From NCBI RefSeq assembly GCF_963921235.1, contig NC_086108.1, positions 110,920,001 through 110,984,000 of the forward strand: 64,000 bases of DNA, read 5' to 3'. Source of the DNA: Mobula hypostoma (taxonomy: Eukaryota). Positions 26,837 through 38,996 of this stretch are shown piece after piece. The notes beneath the pieces are model-generated. The model searched no databases. It was not told the DNA's origin and was given only the letters and a program-made list of their open reading frames with translations. A program made the position numbers and the translations under genes. Positions within the stretch are counted from its first letter, which is position 1. Each line of letters begins with the position of its first letter.

Positions 26837-27319
26837 GACCATAAGACATAGTAGCAGAATGAGGCTGTATGGCCCATTGCATCTGCTCTGCTATTCCATC
26901 ATGGCTAATTTATTATCCCTCTCAACCTTTTTCTCCTGCCTTCTCTCTGTAACCTTTGATACCTTTACCAATCAAGAACCTATCAACCACCGTTTTAAAT
27001 ATACCCAAATGACTTGTCCTCCACAGCCATCCATGGCAATGAATTCCACAGATTCACCACCTCCTGGCTAAAGAAATTCCTCCTCATCTCTGCTGTAAAG
27101 GGATGTTCTTTGTGCCCTTTGGTCCTTGGTCCCCCACTATAGGAAACATCCTCTCCACATCCACTCTATCTAAGCCTTTCAATATTTGACAGGTTTCAGC
27201 GTGAATCCCCATTCCCATTCTTCTAAACTCCAGTGAGTAAAGGCCGAGAGCTATCAAACATTTCTCATATGTTAACCCTTTCATTCCTGGGATCATTCTT
27301 GCCTTCTTGATCCTCTCCA
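26837..27319 (-). mobile_element. CR1 3' fragment inserted 10 nt upstream of CTBS-like exon 3
   Basis: CR1 tail abuts the acceptor; 7-bp TSD ATGGTAA at 26830-26836 and 27320-27326. Confidence 0.85.
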
Positions 27320-27379
27320 ATGGTAAATGGTTGGAATGGCCTTGCAGGAAGTCAAACAACAGAGCTGGAACAATAAGAT

Positions 27380-28150
27380 GCACAGTATAGGCCCTTTAAC
27401 CTACTTTAAGATCGATCTAACCCTTCCCTTCCACATAGCCCTCCAGTTTTCTATCATCCATATGCCTATCTAAGGGTTTCTGAAATGTTTCTAACATATC
27501 TGCTTCGACAACCACTCCTGGCGGCATGTCCATGCACCCACCACTCTCTGTGTAAAAAAAATCTATCTCTGACACACCCCCTTCATATATTTTCCTCCAT
27601 TCTCCTTAAAATTATGCTTCCTCATATTAACCACTTCTACCCTGGGATAAAGTCTCTGGCCGTCTGCTCGATCTATGCCTCCTGTCATCTTGTACACGTC
27701 TATCAAGTCATCGTTCATTCTCCCTCCCTCCCTCGCCCTAGCTTGCTCAGCCCATCTGCATAAGCCATGTCCTCTAATCCAGGAGGCATCCAGGTAAATC
27801 TCCTTTGCATCCTCTCTAAAGTTTCCATATCTGTCCCATAACCAGTCAGCCAGACCTGACCACAATATTCCAAGTGTGGTCTAATGAGGGCTTTGTTGAG
27901 CTGCAGCATTACTTCTTGAATTCAATCCCTTGACTAATAAAGGTCAACACGTTGCACACCTTCATAACCCCCTTCTCACCCTGTGCTGTAACCTTGAAGA
28001 TATGTGGCTGAGGACCCTAAGATCCCTCTTTTGCTCCACACTGCCGAGAACCCTACCATTAACTCCGAGCTCTGCCATCAAATTGCCCTTTTCAAACTGA
28101 ATCTCTTCACACTTTTCCTGCTTGAACTCCATCTGCAACTTCTCCACTTC
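27380..28150 (-). mobile_element. Degenerate CR1 3' part
   Basis: ALIRPHLEYCGQVW, MEFKQEKCE motifs. Confidence 0.8.
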
Positions 28151-28352
28151 TAAGCAGCATTCACAGGAAGAAAATCTACGAATTAATCATGAATAATATG
28201 CAATTTTTACAAGGGAGAACATAAACAAGGAAAGAAGGTCCAGTTCAGTGCAATGTGATCAGACTGGTCAGGGTGTTGCTAAGCAACTAAGGTTGTGCTG
28301 GTTAGTTCAAGAACTGAGTGTTTGAATAGTTTCATGTTGAATCATTAAATAA

Positions 28353-30590
28353 TAATCAGTTTCATCTTGATCATGGACAAGGATAGATCTGGTCCTAGGG
28401 TTGAGGTTCTTAACTGGAAGAAGGCCAAATTTGAAGAAATGAGAAAGGATCTAAAAAGCGTGGATTGGGACAGGTTGTTCTCTGGCATAGATGTGATCGG
28501 TAGGTGGGAAGCCTTCAAAGCAGAAATTTTGAGAGTGTAGAATTTGTATGTTCCTGTCAGGATTAAAGGCAAAGTGAATAGGAATAAGGAACCTTGGTTC
28601 TCAAGGGATATTGCAACTCTGATAAAGAAGAAGAGGGAGTTGTATGATGTGTATAGGAAGCAGGGAGTAAATAAGGTGCTTGAGGGGTATAAGAAGTGCA
28701 AGAAAATACATAAGAAAGAAATCAGGAGGGCTAAAAGAAGACATGAGGTTGCCTTGGCAGTCAAAGTTAAGGATAATCCAAAGAGCTTTTACAGGTATAT
28801 TAAGAGCAAAAGGATTGTAAGGAATAAAATTGGTCCTCTTGAAGATCAGAGTGGTCGGCTATGTGTGGAACCAAAGGAAATAGGTTTTTTGCGTCTGTGT
28901 TTACTAAGGAAACTGGCATGAAGTCTATGGAATTAAGGGAAACAAGTAGTGAGATCATGGAAACTGTACAGATCGAAAAAGAGGAGGTCCTTTCTGTCTT
29001 GAGGAAAATTAGACTGGATAAATCCCCAGGACCTGACAGGGTGTTCCCTTGGACCTTGAAGGAGACTGGTGTTGAAATTGCAGGGGCCCTGGCTGAAATA
29101 TTTAAAATGTCGCTGTCTACAGGTGAGGTGCCGCAGGATTGGAGAGTGGCTCATGTTGTTCCGTTGTTTAAAAAAGGATCGAAAAGTAATCCGGGAAATT
29201 ATAGGCCAGTAAGTTTAACGTCGGTAGTAGGTAAGTTATTGGAGGGAGTACTAAGAGACAGAATCTACAAGCATATGGATAGACTGGGACTTATGAGGGA
29301 GAGTCAACATGGCTTTGTGCGTGGCAGGTCATGTTTGACCAATCTATTGGAGTTTTTCGAGGAGGTTACCAGGAAAGTGGATGAAGGGAAGACAGTGGAT
29401 ATTGTCTACATGGACTTCAGTAAGGCCTTTGACAAGGTCCCGCATGGGAGGTTAGTTAGGAAAATTCAGTCGCTAGGTATACATGGAGAGGTGGTAAATT
29501 GGATTAGACATTGGCTCGATAGAAGAAGCCAGAGAGTGGTGGTAGAGAATTGCTTCTCTGAGTGGAGGCCTGTGACTAGTGGTGTGCCACAGGGATCAGT
29601 GCTGGGTCCATTGTTATTTGTCATCTATATCAATGACCTGGATGATAATGTGGTAAATTGGATCAGCAAGTTTGCTGATGATACAAAGATCGGAGGTGTA
29701 GTAGACAGTGAGGAAGGTTTTCAGAGCCTGCAGAAGGACTTGGACCAGCTGGAAAAATGGACTAAAAATGGCAGATGGAGTTTAATACTGACAAGTGTGA
29801 GGTATTGGACGTTGGAAGGACAAACCAACGTAGAACATACAGGGTTAATGGTAAGGCACTGTGGAGTGCAGTGGAACAGAGGGATCTGGGAATACAGATA
29901 CAAAATTCCCTAAAAGTGGCGTCACAGGTAGATAGGGTCATAAAGAGAGCTTTTGGTACATTGGCCTTTATTAATCAAAGTATTGAGTATATGAGCTGGA
30001 ATGTTATGATGAGGTTGTATAAGGCATTGGTGAGGCCGAATCTGGAGTATTGTGTTCAGTTTTGGTCACCAAATTACAGGAAGGACATAAATAAGGTTGA
30101 AAGAGTGCAGAGAAGGTTTACAAGGATGTTGCCAGGACTTGAGAAACTCAGTTACAGAGAAAGGTTGAATAGGTTGGGACTTTATTCCCTGGAGCGTAGA
30201 AGATTGAGGGGAGATTTGATAGAGGTATATAAAATTATGATGGGTATAGATAGAATGAATGCAAGCAGGCTTTTTCCACTGAGGCAAGGGGAGAAAAAAA
30301 CCAGAGGACATGGGTTTAGGGTGAGGGGGGAAAAGTTTAAAGGGAACATTAGCGGGGGCTTCTTCACACAGAGAGTGGTGGGAGTATGGAATGAGCTGCT
30401 AGAGGAGGTGGTAAATGCAGGTTCTTTTTTAACATTTAAGAATAAATTGGACAGATACATGGATGGGAGGTGTATGGAGGGATATGGTCCGTGTGCAGGT
30501 CAGTGGGACTAGGCAGAAAATGGTTCGGCACAGCCAAGAAGGGCCAAAAGGCCTGTTTCTGTGCTGTAGTTTCTATGGTTTCTATGGTAA
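28353..30590 (+). mobile_element. Young 5'-truncated CR1 LINE
   Basis: Overlapping ORFs 28544-28921, 28861-29913 and 29775-30512 cover the RT to the natural stop; (TTCTATGG)n tail. Confidence 0.95.
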
Positions 30591-30834
30591 TAGTTTATGG
30601 ACAGAGATGTTTGTTCTATCTACATTCTTTGCCAGATTCTGCAGGTATAATCCATTCACTCCCAATGCCCTGATGTTTTGCTTGTAGCTCAACAAGAGAA
30701 TTTTTCTCAATTGCCCATCCAAATCTTTTTGAAGAATCCTGACTCCTCCACCCCATCCCAAGAAGCGAATCCCAGATACCAGCGACCCTGAGTGCAAAGC
30801 ATTTCCTCATTCTAGACATGGATATCTATGACCA

Positions 30835-33390
30835 CAACCATATGACACAGGAGCAGAATTAGGCTATTCGGCCCATTGAGTCTATTCCACCATTCCATCA
30901 TAGCTAATCCCGGATCCCACTCAATCCGAAACACCTGTCTTCTCGCCGTATCCTTTAATTCCCTGACCAACCAGGAAACTATCAACTTCTGCCTTAAATA
31001 CACTCCTGGACTTGGCCTCGACCATGGTCTATGGCAGAGGTCCACAGATTCGCTATTCTCTGGCTAAAAAATTTCCTTCTGATTCCTATTGTAAAGGGTT
31101 GCCCTCAATTTTGAGGCTCTGCCCTCTAGTTCTGGATACCCCCACCAGAGGAAACATCCTCTCCACATCTACCCCATCTAGTCCTTTCAACATTTGGTAT
31201 GTTTCAATGAGTACCGGACCAAAGCTGCCAAATGCTCCTCACACGTTAACCCCTTTATTCCCAGGATCATCCTCGTAAACCTCCTCTGGACTCTCTCCAA
31301 TGACAACACATCCTTTCTGAGATATGGGGCCCAAAACTGTTGACAATATTCCATGTGCTGCCTGACTAGTGTCTTATAAAGGCTCAGCATTATCTTCTTG
31401 CTGTTATATTCTATTCCCTTTCAATTAAGAGTCAACTTTGTATTTGCCTTCTTTACCACAGACTCAACCTGTAAATTAACCTTCTGGGAGTCTTGCACGA
31501 GGACTCCCAAGTCCCTCTGCAGCTCTCACGTTTGAACCTTCTCCCCATTTAGATAATAGTCCGCAGGATTGTTCCTTTTACCGAAATTCATTATCATACA
31601 TTTCCCAACGCTGTAATCCATCTGCCTCTTATTTGCTCAGTCTTCCAATTTGTCTATATCCTGCTACAATTGCTTTACTTCCTCAGCACTACCTACCCCT
31701 CCACCGATCTTTGTATCATCCACAAGCTTTGCCACAAAGCCATCAATTCCATTATCCAAATCATTGACAATGTGAAAAGCAGCAGTCCCAATACTGACCC
31801 CTGAGGAACACCACTAGTCACTGGCAGCCAACCAGAAAAGGCCCCTTCTATTCCCACTCGCTGCCTCCTGCCTGTCAGCCATTTCTCTATCCATGCCAGT
31901 ATCCATCCTGTAACGTCATAGGATTTTATCTTGTTAAGCAGCCTCATGTGTGGCACCTTATCAAATGCCTTCTGAAAATCCAAGTAAATGACATCCACTG
32001 CCTCTCCTTTGTCCACCCTGCTTGTTACTTCCTCAAAGAACTCTAACAGATTTGTCAGGCAAGATTTCCCTTGGCAGAAACCATGCTGACGTTGACTTTT
32101 TTTATCACTAGTCTCCAAGTACCCCGAAACCTCATCCTTAATAATAGACTCCAACCACTGAGGTTAGACTAACTGGCCTATAAGTTCTTTTGCCTTCCTC
32201 TCTTCTTAAAGAGAGGAGTGACATTTGCAATCTTCCAGTCTTCGGGACCATGCCAGAATCAAGTGATTCTTGAAATGTCATGACTAATTCATCCATTATG
32301 CAGTCCCTAACTCCCTTCTCAGCCACAGTTGCCTGCCCTGCCATTTGAGAACTACTGTGGGACATATCTATCCTGTGCCTTGTGAACTATTCCCAGAAAC
32401 TTCAGCCATCTCTGGTCTGCTGTCATCCCCGCCAGTATTCTCCTCCAATCCACCTCTCTGGGTAAGCTCCTCTCTCATGCCTCTGTAATTCCCTTTATTC
32501 CATTGTGATACTGATACTCGTGACTTGTGCTTCTCCCTCTCAAATTGCAGTATGAATTCAATCAGATTATGATCACTGCCTCCCAAGGGTTTCTTTACAT
32601 TAAGCTCCCTAAAGAGATCTGGGTTATTACAGAACAACCAATCTAAGTTAGCCTTTCCCCGAGTAGGCTCAAGCACTAGCTGTTCTAAAAAGCCACCTCA
32701 CAGACATTCAACAAATTCCCTCTCTTGCAATCTGACAGCAACCTGATTTTCCCAATCTCCTTGCATATTGAAGTTCCCCATTACAGTTGTGACATTACCC
32801 CTATTACATGCCTTTTCCAGTTCCCTCTGCAATCTCAACCCACATCTTGGCTACTATTTGGTGGTCTATATATGATTCCCATAATGTTTTATTTTACCCT
32901 TGCGTTGTCTTAAATCCACCCACAAAGATTTGACATTGTCTGTCCAATGTCACCTCTTGGCTGATTTATTGACTGATTCCTTCATGACTGATTTATTATC
33001 CCTCTCAACCCCATTCTCCCGCCTTCTCCCTGTAATATTTGATATCCTGACTAGTCAGGAATCTATCAACCTCCACTTTCAATGATTGCCAATGAATTTC
33101 ACACATTCTCCATCCTCTGGCTAGATACGTTCTTCCTCATTTCTGTTTTAAATGGACGTCCGTCTATTCTGAGGCTGCTGCACCTGGTCCTAGACTGCCC
33201 CACTATAGGAAGCATCCTCTCCACATCCAGTCTTTCTAGGCCTTTCAATATTTGATAGGCTTCAATAAGATCCTCCCTTATTTTCTAAACTCAGGTAGGT
33301 ACAGGTCCAGAGCCATCAAAAGCTCTTAGCATGTTGACCCTTTCATTCCTGGGATCATTCTTTTGAACCTCCTCTGGACACTCTCCAATG
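30835..33390 (-). mobile_element. Degenerate CR1 copies (30835-32960 and 32975-33390)
   Basis: Endonuclease/RT motifs in ORFs 31693-32154 and 32368-32676; CR1 3' ends. Confidence 0.88.
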
Positions 33391-33438
33391 ACTTTAGGAA
33401 GCAGAAAGATAGAATATTTCTTTAATAAAATTAGTTAC

Positions 33439-33577
33439 CTTTCATAAGCAGTTGAACACCTTCTGCATGGGCGTGACAGAAGAGTTCAGGGTCATATTGT
33501 TGTGAGGCCACAACAATTGTGATAATCGACCACATGTAGTGCTTCCAGTCCTTTCCTCCATTGTCAAAGACGAGTAC
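33439..33577 (-). CDS. ctbs: CTBS-like exon 2 (139 bp)
   Basis: cag|VLVFDNGGKDWKHYMWSIITIVVASQQYDPELFCHAHAEGVQLLMK-G|gtaact. Matches CTBS VFVFDVG..W..YDWS.ITTV....YD.ELMCYAH..G; phase 0 to 1. Confidence 0.95.
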
Positions 33578-33890
33578 CTGCTTCAACGTAAGGGCTGCAG
33601 TTACACCTTTACACAAAGATGAAAGACAGTTTCCCTGATCTACAGCACATTGCACAGTCAGAATCAGAATCAGGTTTGTTATCACCGGCATATGTCATGA
33701 AATTGTTGCTTTGCAGCAGCACTACAGTGAAACACAAAATACTAAACCATAAATTACAATTGGAAATATATATATAAATAAATAAGGACTGCAAAAGAGT
33801 GAACATACTGAGGTGGGGTACATGGTTCACGGACTGTTCATAAATCTGATGGTGGAGGGGAAGAAGCTGTCCCTGAGACACTGATGGGGG

Positions 33891-34152
33891 AGTTAGAGGT
33901 CAGGTTAGGGTTTAGAGACAGGGATGTGGGGAGTTAGTCGTCATATTAGGGTTCAGGGACAGGGATGGGGAAGAATTAGAAGTCAGATTGGGGTTTAGGG
34001 ACGGGGATGTGGTGGAGTTAGTGGTCATATTAGGGTTTAGGGACAGGGATGTGGGGAGTTAGAGGTCAGATTGGGGTTTAGGGACAGGGATGTGGAGGAG
34101 TTAGAGAACAGATTAGGGTTTACAGACAAAGATGTGGTGGAGTTAGAAGTGA
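33891..34152. repeat. G-rich minisatellite, about 6 x 41-42 bp
   Basis: Unit agttagaggtcagattagggtttagggacagggatgtgg(n)gg. Confidence 0.9.
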
Positions 34153-34159
34153 GATCTCT

Positions 34160-35040
34160 GCTTTTCACTCTGCATTCGAAGACCAGCAAAGTGGACATTG
34201 GTATGAAGGAGATCTGTTATTGGTCTGTCCTAGGTTGTTGCAGATCAATGAGAGCAGGAGGTATGAGGAGGTGCGAGTCTAGGTCGGTCAATGCACTCGT
34301 AGTTGAGGCATGGGGCTCCATCATCGTCTCATCTGGGCAATTCTGGTCGCCTACATACAGCCAGGACAACACCTCTCCCTCAATATCTAAAAAACAAAAG
34401 ATCTGATTGTCGATTACAGGAGGAACTGAGAAAAGCTCAGCCCAATCAACAACAATGGGACTGTAGTTGAAAGTGTGAGTAGTTTCAACTTCCTCGGTAT
34501 ACACATCACCAAAGACATCACCTGGATTGTACACACCGGCTGTGTGGCAAAAAAAGCACAACAGCGTCTCTTCCACCTCAGGCAACTGAAGAAGTTCGGC
34601 ATGAGCCCCCAGATCCTCAAGACCTTCTACAGGGGAACCTTTGAGAGCATACTGACTGGCTGTATCACCGCCTCGTACGGGAACTACACCAACCTTCATC
34701 GCTGGGCACTGCAGAGAGTGGTATGGACAGACCAGCGCATCTGTGGATGTGAACTTCCCTCCACTGGGGACATTAACAGCAGCAGGTGCAGAAAGAAGGC
34801 TAGTAAGATCATCAGGGACACCAGTCACCCCAACCATAAACTGTTTCAGCTGCTTCCGCCTGGCAAACGCTACCACAGGATTAAAGCCAGGACCAACAGG
34901 CTACGGGACTGCTTCTTTCTACACACTATTAGACTTATAAATTCACATGTCTGTATATTGCAATGGAGTCATAACGCAAAGATTTTTTACTCCCTCGTTG
35001 TGGGATGGATATAAGATTTAAATAAGTTCTAATTCTGAAA
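34160..35040 (+). mobile_element. Rex1/Babar LINE 3' part
   Basis: ORF 34475-35014: FNFLGIHI..KKAQQRLFHLRQLKKFGM..ESILTGCIT. Confidence 0.88.
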
Positions 35041-35125
35041 AAAAGAGTGTAGAGAAAATTTACAAGGATGCTGCTGGAACTTGAGGACCAGGGTTATAGG
35101 GAAATGTGAAGTACATTAGGACTTA

Positions 35126-35832
35126 TGTACGGGTTTTTTTTTGTATGTTAAATTTAAAATGGCTCCTTTGTTATCTTAAGTGCTGAGAAAGTCTCCAGCT
35201 GGACATTTGCTTGGGTTAGTACAGATAGCAGGCTTCTATTAGCCAATGCGTGTTCATGTTATCGTTTTTTTCGGGTGATAATGCTGTCTCATATGACTGG
35301 GGATGGGGTTTTGGCGGGGAGTCAGAGGAGAGACGAGGAGAACAGTGGAGAGACGGGGAGAACGGTGGAGAGACGAGGAGGACGGTGGAGAGATGGGGAG
35401 TCGGAGGAGAGACGGGGAGGACGGCGGAGAGATGGGGAGTCGGAGGAGAGACGGGGAGGACAGTGGACGTGCGGAGAGGCTCCGGTCGATCACTCCGGGT
35501 GGTCCCGAGCCGTGAGTCGACAGGATCCAGGTGGTCATCAGGAATTGATTGAGCTCCAACGGTTGTGCACGAAGAATTTGGACTTTGATAAGTCTGACGT
35601 CTTTTTTTCCCATTACTTCCTTTTCTGTATCGAACTTATATTAATGTCATAGACTTAGTAATATCTATAAAGTGTACTTGGTAAAACGTACTGGGTGTGC
35701 TGGCTGATGATTGATGTTTGGGATTGATTTGGGCATCAGTGGTGCAGCAACCGACCCAGCGGGAAGCGTTCAGGCCGGTGCTGGGCGGGATTTCCCCTAG
35801 ACATATACGAGCCAATATAGCTGAGCATTACA
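35126..35832. mobile_element. Solo LTR (707 bp, probably Gypsy-type)
   Basis: TG...CA ends, perfect 4-bp TSD CTTA (35122-35125, 35833-35836), interrupts a CR1 fragment; internal GA-rich tandem repeat 35330-35465. Confidence 0.8.
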
Positions 35833-36742
35833 CTTAATTCCCTGGAACATAGAACATAGAAGATTGAGGGGAGATTGGATAGAGTTTACAAAATAATGAG
35901 GGGTATAGATAGGGTAAATGCAAGCAGGCCTTTTCCGCTGAGGTTCAATGGCACTATAATTGGAAGTCATAGGTTAAGGGTGAAAGGTGAAATGTTTAAG
36001 GGGAATATGAGGGGGAATTTCTTCACTCAGGGGGTGGTGTGAGTGTAGAAAGCTGCCATCAAAAGTGGTGGATGCAGTTTTGATCCGGGTGCAGGTCGAC
36101 GGGACTAGGCAGAATAATAGTCTGGCATAGACTAGATGAGATGAAGGGTTTATTTCTGTGCTGTAGTCCTCTATGATTCTCTGAAATTATGCCTCAAAGG
36201 TGCCATGTAAGTTGCTCGGGTTGTTAAGAAAGTGTATGATGTGTTGGCCTTCATTAGTCAGGGAAGACACAGAACCACAAGGTTAGACTGGACTTGGAAT
36301 ACTGTGTTCAGTTCTGGTCACCCCATTATCAGATGGATGTGGAAGGGTTAGGGTTATTGCTAGGATTAGGATTATAGGAAGGATGTGGAAGCTTTAGAGA
36401 GGGTGTAGAGCAGATTTGCCAGGACGCTGCCTGTATTGGAGAGCTTGTCTTATGTGGACAGATTGAGTGAGCTAGGGCTTTTCTCTTTGGAGAGAAGTAG
36501 GATGAGAGGCGACTTGATAGAGCTGTACAAGAGGAGAAGCGTAGAATGAGTGGGCAGCTAGAGGCATTTTTCCCAGGGTGGAAATGGCTAATATGAGATG
36601 GCACAATGTGAAGGTGTTTGGGGAGATATCAGAAGTAAGTATTTTACACAGAGTTGTGGGTGTGTGGATTTTGCTGTCAGGGGTTGTGGTAGAGACAGAT
36701 ACATTAGGGACATTTAGGTAGGCACATGGATGATAGAAAAAT

Positions 36743-37876
36743 TTTTGACTTCTCCAGTGCGATCAACACCATCCGCCCTGCTCTGCTGGAGGAGAAGCTG
36801 ACAGTGATGCAGGTGGATACTTCCCTGGTGTCATGGATTCTTGATTACCTGACTGGCAGACCACAGTACGTGTGCTTGCAACATTGTGTGTCCGACAGAG
36901 TGATCAGCAGCATTGGGGCTCCGCAGGGGACTGTCTTGTCTCCCTTTCTCTTCACCATTTACACATTGGACTTCAACTACTGCACAGAGTCTTGTCATCT
37001 TCAGAAGTTTTCTGATGACTCTGCCATAGTTGGATGCATCAGCGAGGGAGATGAGGCTGAGTACAGGGCTACGGTAGGAAACTTTGTCATGGTGTGAGCA
37101 GAATTATCTGCAGCTTAATGTGAAAAAGACTAAGCAGCTGGTGGTGGACCTGAGGAGAGGTAAGGTACCGGTGACCCCTGTTTCCATCCAGGAGGTCAGT
37201 GTGGACATGGTGGAGGATTACAAATACCTGGGGATACGAATTGACAATAAACTGGACCGGTCAAAGAATACTGAGGCTGTCTACAAGAAGGGTCAGAGCC
37301 ATCTCTATTTCCTGAGGAGACTGAGGTCCTTTAACATCTGCTGGATGATGCTGAGGATGTTCTATGAGTCTGTGATGGCCAGTGCTATCATGTTTGCTGT
37401 TGTGTGCTGGGGCAGCAGGCTGAGGGTAGCAGACACCAACAGAGTCAACAAACTCATTCGTAAGGCCAGTGATGTTGTGGGGATGGATCTGGACTCTCTG
37501 ACAGTGGTGTCTGAAAAGAGGGTGCTGTCCAAGTTGCATGCCATCTTGGACAATGTCTCCCATCCACTACATAATGTACTGGTTGGGCACAGGAGTACAT
37601 TCAGCCAGAGACTCATTCCACCGAGGTGCAACACAGAGCGTCTTAGGAAGTCATTCCTGCCTGTGGCCATCAAACTTTACAACTCCTCCCTTGAAGGATC
37701 AGACACCCTGAGCCAATAGGCTGGTCCTGGACTTATTTCATAATTTCCTGGCATAATTTACATATTACTATTTAACTATTTATGGTGTTATTACTATTTA
37801 TTATTTATGGTGCAACTGTAACGAAAACCAATTTCCCCCGGGATCAATAAAGTATGACTATGACTACTATGACTAT
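36743..37876 (+). mobile_element. Young Rex1/Babar LINE
   Basis: GAPQGTVLSPFLF, KFSDDS motifs; (ATGACT)n tail; TSD GAAAAAT at 36736-36742 and 37877-37883. Confidence 0.92.
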
Positions 37877-38787
37877 GAAAAATGGAGGGCTATGTGGGAG
37901 GGAAGGTTAGATTGGTCTTGGAGTAGGTTATAAGGTCAGTACAACAGAGTTGGCCAAAATACTTGTACTGTGCTGTAATGTTCTTATAGAGGTGTATAAA
38001 ATCATGGGGGACATAAAAGAGGTGAATGGTCACAGATTTTTCAGGTGTAGGGGATTATAAAATTAGAGAGTGTAGCTTTAGCATGAAGAGGAAGGTTTGA
38101 AGGGGATCAGAAGGACACATTTTTCACACAGAGGGTTTTGAGTATATGGAACGAATTGCCAGAAGAGGTAGCAGAGGCAGGTACAATTCCAAAGCTTATC
38201 AGGCACTCGGAGGGGTGAGGGGTACACAGATAGGAACTGTGCAGGGGTTCCCAACTTGGGGTCCACAGACACCTCGGTTAATGGTAGGGGTCTATGGCAT
38301 TAAAAAAAGGGTTTGGAACCCCTGACTTAGAGGGACGTGGGCCAAAAACAAGAATGTAGAATATAAACTTTAACAGCACAGTGCATGATGCTGTACTGAC
38401 CTTTGAACCTATTCTAATCCTCTCCTCTTTTTACGTGGCCCTCTATTTTTTGTTCATCCACCTATCTATCTAAGAGTCTCTTAAATGTCCCTAATGTATC
38501 CGCCTGTACCACCACCCCTGGCAGCACGTTCCATGCACCCACCATTCTCTGTGTAAAAAAACTTACTTTGACAGCCCTCCTTTACTTTACTCCAAGTAAG
38601 GTTAGCTCATGAGGTCAGCATGGCAGAGATGGCCCAAATGGCCTGTTTCTAAGCTGTATCACTCTATGACTCTGAAATGTGCACAGTGAGTTGAAGGTAG
38701 ATAGCATGGTCCACCCCCAAAACTCTGATTTGATAAGCTTCCCAACCTCACGTAGACCCTCACCATCAGCATATATACGTCACTCAC

Positions 38788-38934
38788 CTCCTTGTCCTTC
38801 TTCACCTCTTCATTTCGGGCCATGGGTTGGCACAGAACCAGATTCATGCAGTGACATTTGGTTTGCTGTTTCTCAGAGCCACTGCGGACCCATACTGCGA
38901 GCAGAGCTAGTCCCACAGCTGAACTACGGAGCAT
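38788..38934 (-). CDS. ctbs: CTBS-like (GH18 di-N-acetylchitobiase-like) gene, coding exon 1: signal peptide + CxC-x5-CxP
   Basis: Translates MLRSSAVGLALLAVWVRSGSEKQQTKCHCMNLVLCQPMARNEEVKKDKE, then a GAG|GTGAGT donor (phase 0). Resembles the CTBS N-terminus (signal peptide, CPC..LCRP). The ATG at 38934 has G at -3; an in-frame upstream ATG at 38973 has a weaker context. Confidence 0.85.
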
Positions 38935-38986
38935 CCCGTCTGCCTGTGTTCTGCCCCGGCCGATCGATTTCATTCACTAACCCGAC

Positions 38987-38996
38987 TGCACGTGAC
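38987..38996 (-). promoter_or_regulatory. CLEAR-like E-box (TFEB/USF-type) just upstream of the CTBS-like start
   Basis: GTCACGTGCA vs CLEAR consensus GTCACGTGAC (8/10), in a locally CpG-containing stretch next to a GA-rich box. Confidence 0.45.

Noticed and set aside
30590..30830. Possible duplicate of CTBS-like exon 5 (shares GCAGGTATAATC, reading DYTC)
   Set aside because: Only a 12-nt match, in-frame stops nearby, and the adjacent sequence looks like a decayed CR1 3' end
33891..34152. Interstitial telomere
   Set aside because: TTAGGG occurs only within a longer 41-42-bp unit, not as a pure array
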